Shown here piece by piece: positions 30,452-39,080 of a stretch of 39,080 nucleotides of DNA. Made by a program: the position numbers and the translations under genes. Where the stretch lies: the NCBI RefSeq assembly GCF_000372725.1, contig NW_005202428.1:2141119-2180198 (forward strand), in the 5' to 3' direction. The first letter of the stretch is position 1, and the number at the start of each line of letters is the position of its first letter. This DNA comes from Emiliania huxleyi CCMP1516 (Eukaryota). The notes beneath the pieces were generated by a model. That model saw only the letters and a program-made list of their open reading frames with translations, ran no database searches and had not been told where the DNA came from.

Positions 30452-33133
30452 TCAGACGTCCAGCTCGTGACTAGTGTTGAAACTGAATGGGGCTAGTGAC
30501 GTCACGGGTTTGGTGAGCTGGGGGCTCCCCGGACTGATTGCCACCACCTCCTGCCGCCGGGGAGCCGCCGGGCTCGCCGCACGCCCCGCTGCCTGCCGTT
30601 GTCGTTGCGCGTTCAAGGCCCTAAGATTCGCCGCCGTGAGCCCGACCACCGCCGGCGGCCGCGCCGGCGGCCGCGCCGGCGGCCGCGCTGCCGGCCCCGC
30701 GCGCCAAACTCGCATCGCGACGACGCGCGAGCTCCCACGCAAAAGCGCCGCCGCCGCGTTCGGCTCAACCACGGAGGTCCCGTTCACCTCGAAGATCACG
30801 TCGCCGACGCGCAATCGTCCCGAGGTGCAGCCGACGCCTCGCGGGTCGAGAGCGACGACGCGCACGCCTCGCCTGTCGACGTCGGCCTCGAGCTCCACGC
30901 CGAGTGGCGATGTGCGCGTCGGCTTCTTGAGCTCGAGTGCCACGCAGACGGCACCGTCGCCTCGAGTGCCACTGCCGCCGCCGCCGGGCCGCTTGGCGGA
31001 CGGAGAGGACGACGGCACGCGATCGTACAAAGAGCGACGGCTGCCGCCTCTACTGCCGCCTCTGCTGCCGCGTCCGCTGCCGCCTCTGCCGCCGCCGCCA
31101 CCGCCCGGACCGCCGCCTCTGCCCTTACTGCTACCGCCCGCCGACTGCGTGCGAGCTATTTGTCTCCGCTTCTCCCGCGCGGCGCGGTTAGCGAGCCGCG
31201 ACAAGCGCCGCTTCCGCCGCCGGGTCATCCAGATGGCTAGAGAGGCCAGCAGCAGGAGAGTCACGCCGCCAGCAATCGCGCCTGGAGGGGTGAGAGGTGG
31301 AATGGGTGAGGGGCGGGGGGGGGAGTGAGATATGCGCAATACGCGGCGCCATCGGCGTGTACGGCCTAGGCCCCCGCCCAATGGCTGTTCGGCTCTGCGG
31401 GCGACGGGCGAGGGGCCGGTGGCGCACAGCGAGGCTGCGACGCGCGCACGCTGGCGACCCAATCGAGGCTCATCTCTCGGCCCCACTCGGCTCATCTCGG
31501 CTAGGGTCTCGCACCGACGACAGCCCAATCTTGGCGAACCGCCTCCCCGTCCAGCATCGGCGGCGGCGGCGAGGGCGGCGGCGAGGGCGGCGGCGAGGAA
31601 GGCAGCGGCGGCAGAGGCGGCGGAGAGGGCGGTGTCGGCGGCAGCAGCGGCGAGGGAGGCGGAGGGGGTCGGGTAGGCGTCCCCTCGGGTACAGCCGGGG
31701 GGTAGAGAGGCGCGGGGCTCGTCGGAGGCGCGGGCGGCCGAGCGACTAGCGTCAGCACGAGGCCGCCAGGAAAGACCGGCGTGTCTTTAGCGCCCACGGC
31801 AACGGTCCGGACGGCCGGCGCGGCTAGCGGGTTGGCCGCCGCGTCGGTCTCTGGTAGCACCTCCGCCAGCGAGGAGCCGAGCCCGGGCGAAGCCTCGCCG
31901 CTGGGGGCAGAGGCAGGGAAGGGGGGAGGAGGGGGGGGTGTCAGATTCGGTGTGCGCGAGCATGTTAGCAGCCGTGCAATCGGGGGGGGGGGGGGGGGGG
32001 AGGCGGACCCCTCCGGCGGCGGGAGAAAAACCGAACTCCTCACACGCCCGTCCCGTCCCAAGGGGGCGACTGCAGGTCCAAGACGAAGACGGCGCCGATC
32101 CCTTCGACGCCCACGAGAAGCTCCTCGCGCCTGCAGGGGGCGGCTCCGAGAAGGCTCAGGGGGAAAGCTCGAGCTGCGACATGGACACGGCCTGCGGCCC
32201 GCCCCGAGACTCACCCGTCGTAGTTGGCGTCGAGCATCGCGGCGAGCGACGAGCCGAAGTGAGGGCTGCGCCCCGAGGACTGGGGCGGCATCGGCCGCGC
32301 GGCCTCGACACCTAGTAAGAGGCCCCGAGAAGGGCTTCGAGCAGGCTCCGAGGCACGGTCGCGCCCCTCCCAGGTCCGAGGGCGGAGGCGGTGCGCTGGC
32401 GTGTGATGGAGGGTGGCGGCGGCGTGTGGACGGCGGAGCAGGGGCGAGGCGGCGGCGCGGGCGGCTCACTGTTCATGTCCACGGCGGCGGTCGAGACGAC
32501 GGCGTCGGAGGAGTTGAGGGCAAAGAGCCAGACGGTGCCCTCGCCGAAGGACAGCCGCCGCCCGCCGACGGCGAGGGCCGGGACACCGCCGCCGAGCCTC
32601 ACAAAAGCGAGCGACGCACCAAAGCTGTATGGCCGGCTGACCGGCTGCAGAGGTGGAGTCGCAGAGGTCGCGGCGTGCGAGGCGTTGAGCCTGAAGATCA
32701 GCACCTGTTGCCCCGCACACGAGCCGACGGCGAGCCGGTCCTCGCCGAGCGCCGCGAGGGAGCAGCCGAACCCGCCACCTGCTGCCACGGGTTGCAGGAC
32801 GACGCGGTTCTTCTCCGCGACGACGGTGCCTCCGGCGCGAAGCTCGAGCTCGACGATAGAAACCCTCCCCGTCGGTTCCTCTGGACACGGCTCGCCAACC
32901 GCGACGACCGCTCGCCGCGGCCATTGCACCAGCGCCGCAACCGCCGACCCGAACAGGCATCCGGGATTCTCGCCAAAGAGACGTCCGGCTGAGGTTTTTA
33001 AACGGGACGAGTGAGCGATGTCGACCACGCCCGTCTTGCCGTTGTGCCGTGGTGCCCCGACCGCAATGAAGCCTGAGCCGAGCGAGGCCAGGGAGGCGGC
33101 GTAGCCGAGGAGCCGGGGCTCCGCCGAGAGCAT
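30452..33133 (-). CDS. Receptor-like protein: FG-GAP (integrin-alpha-type) repeats, Pro-rich stalk, single TM helix, cytoplasmic PDZ domain
   Basis: Six repeats: YAASLA..IAVGAP, FGSAVA..VAVGEP, FGCSLA..LAVGS, FGASLA..LAVGG, FGSSLAAMLDANYDG|REELLVG and LGSSLA..VAVGAK. Then SPPP repeats, TM AIAGGVTLLLLASLAIWM-RRRKRR, and PDZ LGVEL...GRLRVGDVIFEVNG. Needs about 4 introns, boundaries approximate. Confidence 0.75.
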
Positions 33134-33792
33134 TTTTTAGCGGGCTCGCCACCAAGACGCCGTGAGGGGGTACCCGGGTACATCTAATTTCGACTTTCTT
33201 TCCTGTTGCGAGCCAAGTAAGAAAGCGTGTACGAAACAAGAACACAACGCACTCTCTCACATGACAAGCGATCCCACGACAGCGATTGTGGGGACTACAT
33301 GATCCGTACGTGAAGGGTGGGGCCCGTCCGCGGAGCTAGGCGGTACGGGCGCCCTCCACTGCGGCTGAGCGCAAGAAGCCGTCCGTCCGCCGTTTGCTTG
33401 TTCGTGACCCAGTTGGTGTGCGCATCTTGCGCGAAAAAGAAAGAAAGAACAGAAAGAAAACAGAGAACAAAGGAGGGATGGGAGGACGGCACGGCACACG
33501 CAGGGATTTAAGGAGAGGAGCGTTGTCGTGGTGCTAGCCGTCGCCCATCCTTGGGCGTCTGCCTCTTCCCATTTCGCAGTCTATAAATAAATAAAGCCGA
33601 CATCCCAAGCTAGGGCTGGGTCGAGGACAGACACGTCCCCACCTTTGCAGGATTTTGCAAAAGCGAGGGGGGAGGGCGCATCGCCGCGCGGAGAGGGCTG
33701 GGCACAGGGCACAGGGGATCTCTCTCGCATAGGATGCACTCGGCGGCACGAGGGCAAGGCTGGGCGTCCTATATTTGTTTGTTTGTGCTCCC

Positions 33793-33819
33793 GGAACTGC
33801 CAGGAACTGCCAGGAACTG
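33793..33819. repeat. 10-bp tandem repeat GGAACTGCCA x2.7 upstream of guanine deaminase
   Basis: Directly visible. Confidence 0.8.
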
Positions 33820-34067
33820 GAGGGTAATTCGAGTGAACTCGGTGTTACTTGTGCCCACTGCGCCTCACCTGGGCCACTCGCGAGCATGCGGGAGTCACCT
33901 GAAGCACGTCCAAAACTCGAAACACCCGTTCACCCCCGTATACTCGAAGTGGCTGTGAAATTTGGCTTGACTCTGAGGTGGATGGCCGAGAATTCCTTCA
34001 CCCCCGCTGTTGCCGCCCTCGCTGTCGGTGCCGCGGTGCCTGTGGACGTGCTGGTTTAGCCACACAA

Positions 34068-35698
34068 ATGGCGCTCTCCCCACCCGCCGGCACGTACGCC
34101 GTCCTCGGCCACATCGTCGACGCTCCGCAGCTCGACGTGGTGCGAGGTCTCGACGAGCCATCGCTTGTCGTCGTCTCTGGCAGCGGCGAGATCGAGTCGG
34201 TCCACCGCGCCGGCGCCGCCGACGCCGCGGCGTCGCTGGAGGCGTCGGGCGTGACCGTGATTCGGCTCGGCCAGCGCGACTTCCTCGTGCCGGGCTTCAT
34301 CGACTGCCACGTCCACGCTTCGCAGTGGGCTTACATGGGGACGGGGATCGACCGACCGCTCATGGCGGACGACGGGTTTCTGGCAAAGTACGCCTTCCCG
34401 GCAGAGTCGGCGCTCAACGCCCAGACGGCGGGAGAGGTGTACCGCGCGGCGATCGACGACATGCTCCGAAACGGCACCACCACGGCACTCGTCTGGGGCT
34501 CCGCCCGTCTGGACGCCTCGGAGGAGTACGTCAAGGCGGTCGTCGAGCGGGGTGGTCCTCGCTCGCTGATCGGCAAGGTGAGCATGGACCGGCACTGCCC
34601 GGAGGGGTACGTCGAGACCACGGCGCAGTCGCTCGCCGACACCGAGGCCTTCGTGCTGCGCACCAAGGCGGCGAACGACGCACTCGGGCTGCCTGCCGGA
34701 TCGCCGCCGCTCGTCGCGCCTGCGATCACGCCGCGCTTCCTGCCGACGTGCACCGCCGAGCTGCTGCGTGGGCTGGGCGCGCTGGCGGAGAAGCACGACT
34801 GCTTCGTCCAGAGCCACCTCTCCGAGTCGTGCGACGAGCTCGCCTTCTCGTCCTCCCTCTTCCCTGGCTTCCGCTCGGACGCGGCCGCCTTTGCCGCGTT
34901 CGGGCTGCTGCGGCGCCCGTCGCTCATGGCGCACTGCGTGCACCTGCAGCCGGGCGAGGCGGAGCTACTGCTGCAGCACGGCTGCGCGATGGCGCACTGC
35001 CCGACCTCGAACTTCTTCTTCGCGAAGGAGGCGCTGCCGGTGCGCCCCACCCCTGCGGACGACGACGCGGCTGGCGACGCGTCCGCGATGTGTCCGCGAC
35101 GCGCCGCCCACCACGCCCCGGCGGATCCCCGCAGGTGCGCCAGATGCTGCAGCTCGGCGTCAAGGTCGGCCTGGGCACCGACGTGGCGGGAGGCTACTCG
35201 CCCGCCATGCTCGTCTCCTTGCGCCACGCCGTGCTCGCCTCCAAGACGCTCCAGTTCCGCCGCGCAAAGGGATGCGTCTTCCAGTGCGGCGTGGGCGCTG
35301 CCGGCGCGCTGTCGCCTCAGCGAGAGTGCCCTGTCCCGAGCGGCCAGCCGTCGAAGCGCGCGAGGGCGACGGCGGCGCGGACGGAGGGCTTCGGTGTCGA
35401 CTTTGACCCCGCCGCCGACGAGGCGACGCTGCGCGACCGGCACAACCTCTCGCACACGGACGGGCTGCACCTTGCGACGCAGGCGGGCGCGGACGCTCTC
35501 GGCTTTGGCGGGAGTCTGGGCAGCTTCGACGCGGGCAAGCGCTTCGACGCGGTGGTGTGGGCCGCCGAGGGGCCAAACGTGCGCTGCTACCGCGGCGGCG
35601 TGGCAGAGGAGCCGAGCGACCTGCTGCACAAGCTGCTCACAAACGGCGACGATCGCAACATCAAGGCGGTCTACATTGGAGGGAGGCGGGTGGTGTAG
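34068..35698 (+). CDS. GDA: Guanine deaminase (amidohydrolase superfamily)
   Basis: Motifs PGFIDCHVHASQ, GTTTA, TPRFLPTCT, QSHLSE, AHCVHL, AHCPTSN, VGLGTDVAGG and GDDRNIKAVYIGG. Intron at 35040-35134. Confidence 0.92.
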
Positions 35699-35983
35699 GG
35701 GGTTGCGCGGGGATTTATTTGAGCGATCCACCCTAATTGCGCGGGTGTACCCTGGAGCGTCTCCCTGTGTACGGCTCTAGAGTTGTACTCTACACACCGC
35801 GCGCGCCAAGAGCGTGACAGCTGAGCCAGCCGAGCTCTACGGCTACGGTACCTAGGCTCTCGGCGGCGTCGCACCGTCGCAGACTCGCAAAAGTGCAAAG
35901 AGATCCCTCTCTGTGTCTCGCGCGCAGAGATCGCGCGCGAGACCCCCCGCCTCCTATACCCTTATAGCTGCACGCAATCTCCC

Positions 35984-37991
35984 TCAGATCGCCCACGCAT
36001 TATCGCCGTGGAAAGCGTCCACCATATCCGTGTACGCGCGCATCGGCTCTTTACTGGAGCGCTTTTCGAGGCGCATGCAAAACGAGGCGCCGCAGCCGCA
36101 GTAGACGCGCCCGTTGGCGTCGAAAAAGTAGGGCGTGGTGCGGCGGCGGGTGGCGAGGGCGGTCTGCAGGTCGTACACCAGGATGCCCACGTTGGAGGAG
36201 AGGGAGCCAAAGAAGGACGAGCACTCGCCCATGAGGAGAATCTGCAGCACCAGCGCCATCCCCTCGTCCTTGAGCGCGCCGCTCTGCAGAAACGCCTCGG
36301 CCGCCGCCGGCCCCCTCTTGACCTCCTTCTCGTACTCGTCCTCGAGCAAGCCGTAGAGCTCTGCCAGCCGCGAGTTGCCCTGCTTGATGTTTTGAAAGGC
36401 CCTGCCCGCCGAAGAGTCCATCACAAAATGGCGCGCCGGGATGAAGTAGGTGGTCGCGGGCTCGAGCAGCGGCGGCATCGCCTCAAAGGTCGCCTAGGCC
36501 GACGAATCCATTGGTCACGGGCTGAGGGGCCGGCGGGAGCCGCGCGAGAGCTCGCCGAGTCTTCGGAGCCGAGCAGCACGCGCTGGTACCCGGTCTTTGG
36601 CGCGGTGCTGACCCAAAAGGCCCACGCGCGGTACGCGCGCGAGTAGACAGAGAAGTCACGCCTATCGAGGCAAGGGCCCGAGAAAGATCGTCGGCGGAGG
36701 AGTGGGCGCACGCAGCAGGCGAGGAGCGCGCGTCACGCTCGCGCGCGGGTCCTCCGTCTTCTTGTCCGTCCGCCTCACGTGCATCGCCGCGCAGCTCAAG
36801 TTCGCCGTCGGCGCCGTCGGCCACGCAGCGCGCGCCTGCGGCGAGGGTGCGATCAGCTGAACGTCACCGCCCACCTGCGAGTGTCCGGTCTCTCTCGTCA
36901 GTGACCTCTTCCGTTGCGACACTGACCAGCGGGGGCTGGCTATGACAGGGCGCGTGGCGCGCGCCGCGCCTCCCGCTTCAGGCGCGCGTCATCATGTCTC
37001 GGCTCATCTCGGCTTTATCTCGGCCATGTCTCGCCTCCCGCTTCAGGCGCGCGCGAGGCGTCCCGCCGCTCTGAGCAGAGGGGCCGCTCGCCTACATCTC
37101 GGCTGATCTCGGCTGATCTTCGAGGGGTCTCGAGGCGCCGTGCCGCCCTGGCCAGCGGCTCGCATTGCCGCGCCGCTCGAGCGTCGGCGCAACCGCGGCG
37201 CGGAACGCTCGCAGCTCTGCGTTTGGACGGAAGAGAAAAGCGGAGATCTGCGCGTGGTACCAAGCCATGCTGTGCACGCGCCGCAAGCCGGCCAGGCGGG
37301 AGAGGCGGCGGCGCGGCGTGTCTGTGCACCAGAGCACCTTTTCGAACTCTAGCGAGCCGTGCTCTGCGCCGCTCGCGGGCCGCATGCGGCAGAAGGAACT
37401 CGCCGGCCAGCCCCGGCCTCTGCTGGCGCCGGGACCCCGCGGCGAGCAAACCTGGACGAGTGGCGTGGAGGAGGGGTGGGTGAGGTCGAGACCAGAGCGC
37501 GTCTTTGAAGCGTCTCGCACCTCTGGGATGCTGTCCTCCTCACGCTCCCGCCCCTGCCGCTGCCGCAGGCTCCGCCGATTGAGTCTGCGGCCGTCCTCGA
37601 CTGCGCCAGCCGGCTCGGCCGGCGCGGCAGGCGTGCCGCTGCGGTTGTTCCTCAGGTCGGGCGGCAGCGTGCAGTTGGTGATCGGCGCAAAGTAGCACCC
37701 GAACGAGCGTGATGGGCAGCGCAGCGGGTTGATGTAGTGCGAGGTGGGCCAGTGGAGGACGCGGCCGGGAGAGAGGAGTGCCGAAAGGAAGGACATCTTG
37801 AGAGCCACCATCTGCGAGCCCAGCCCGAGCGCGTAAAAGTACTGCCGAGGGTACTCCTCCCCCGCCTTGCCGCCCTGGCCTGGACGCAAGCCCGCCCACA
37901 CCACCCGGCCCGCCGTGCCGCGGCAGTCGGCCGGGAACTGACGCCAACGGAGCCACGCTTGGAACGTCTCGGCGTCCTCGCTGGAGTCCAT
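35984..37991 (-). CDS. Alpha-1,6-fucosyltransferase-like (GT23, FUT8/NodZ family)
   Basis: QFPADC, GLGSQM, WYHAQISAFLFRPN, motif I MHVRRTDK, motif II VLLGSED and motif III LLMGECSSFFGSLSSNVGILVYDL, in FUT8 order. Multiple introns; no TM anchor seen after ATG 37991. Confidence 0.78.
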
Positions 37992-38106
37992 GACGATGGG
38001 GCAGAGCCCTATCCGATCGGCAGTGCTTCCGGCAGCCGGCGCTTGAGAAGTTGCGTTTGCAATTCTTTTTCAAGACCTCTCAGACAGCTCGCTGGCACTG
38101 ATGGTA

Positions 38107-38147
38107 GGCACGGGACTGGCGCAAACTGGCACTAACACAAGTACACC
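38107..38147 (-). promoter_or_regulatory. Recurrent gene-upstream motif, copy 3, about 116 nt before ATG 37991
   Basis: 38/41 identical to 3856-3896 and in the same orientation as the downstream gene. Confidence 0.65.
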
Positions 38148-38567
38148 CTGTCATTGATCATCCCTGAAAAAGAATTCAAGACGAAAGCCAAAGAAATAAT
38201 AATACGATTCAACCGCGGAAGAGTCTCAACAACAACAACGAGTTGTTTGGTATTGCTAAAAATCTCTCTCGGAGTCTCTCGGTATGCGCTCAGACGTGGT
38301 GGTACTGCACCGGACTATAGTGGATCAGACGAGAGAGAGGGTAGGTACGCGGGAGCTCTTGACCCACCGATCGACCAATCAGGCAATCTCACCCGCTGAA
38401 CCCCCATCCGAGTCTCCAACATTGACGCATCGTAGTGCTCGCGCGCGACCGCCATCCCCCCCCCCCGCGCCCGCCCCCGCGCCCGCCCACCCACACACCC
38501 CACCCTCGCCGCGCGCCGGGCGAGACCCTGCGCAGCCCAGCGCGCGGACGGCACCCAAATGCACAGA

Positions 38568-38789
38568 TCAGTCGTCGTCGTCGTCGCTGCACTGCAGCCG
38601 GTCCCAGCGCGAGTAGTCGATGCCGGAAGTCCCGGCTGCTCCGCCCTGGCTCGGCGCTCCGCCTTGGCTCTGCGAGCGTGTGCGCGGGCCCTCCCTTGGC
38701 TCGGTCTCCTCCTCGGTCTCCTCCTCCTCCTCGCTGCTCTGCTTGCTTCCGTCGCTCTCGTCGTCCATTTCCTCGTCCTCGTCCTCGTC

Positions 38790-38824
<35 letters not shown>

Positions 38825-39080
38825 TCGCCATGTGCAGCAGGGAGGGGTGCGTCTGTGCGAGGCTGTACAAGTCGTCGCCGTCGCCCTGGCCGCCGCTGTC
38901 GCGCCGCCCATACCTGCGCGCCACCGCCTCTGGCGTGCGGACGGCCCAGTGCGTGGCGAAGGTGGACGTGCCGGCCAGCATGCTCGCTCCTGGCAAGAGG
39001 AGCCAGGCAGGTGGGGAGGCGGACTGCGGGCGGGGACTGGCCGTGGTGTGTGTGTGTGTGTGTGCCGTGCCGAGAAGGAG
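38568..39080 (-). CDS. 3' end of an unknown gene with acidic tail and terminal IDYSRWDRLQCSDDDD motif; 5'-partial
   Basis: Last exon 38989-38568 follows a probable GC-AG intron (39070-38990) containing (CA)n. Confidence 0.55.

Noticed and set aside
33978..34067. N-terminal extension of guanine deaminase
   Set aside because: ATG 34068 (CACACAAATGG) gives a normal-length enzyme. The upstream sequence looks non-coding.

Overview
High-GC eukaryotic genomic DNA with short, often GC-donor introns. It looks most like a haptophyte such as Emiliania/Gephyrocapsa huxleyi (inferred from composition and intron style, not verified). Apparently intact genes: a TrhO/TSTD2-type rhodanese fused to an RRM, an F-box-like plus jacalin protein, a probable plastid membrane protein, a very large CHD6-9-like chromatin remodeller with two CXXC fingers inserted inside its ATPase, a divergent DMC1, a type II membrane glycosyltransferase-like protein, an FG-GAP/TM/PDZ receptor-like protein, guanine deaminase, and a FUT8/GT23-like fucosyltransferase. 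The 2-13 kb segment is an accessory zone with a Harbinger-type MITE, the 3' end of a CRE-like non-LTR retrotransposon, several frameshifted genes and short interspersed repeats. Two non-coding signals stand out. (i) Recurring cassettes sit directly upstream of start codons: one 40-bp motif continues from the CRE 3' end, and another carries outward-facing ATGs at both ends. (ii) Many introns begin with a copy of the downstream exon start, including one built from four tandem copies and a candidate GA-AG intron. All exon structures were deduced by eye, and no database searches were run.
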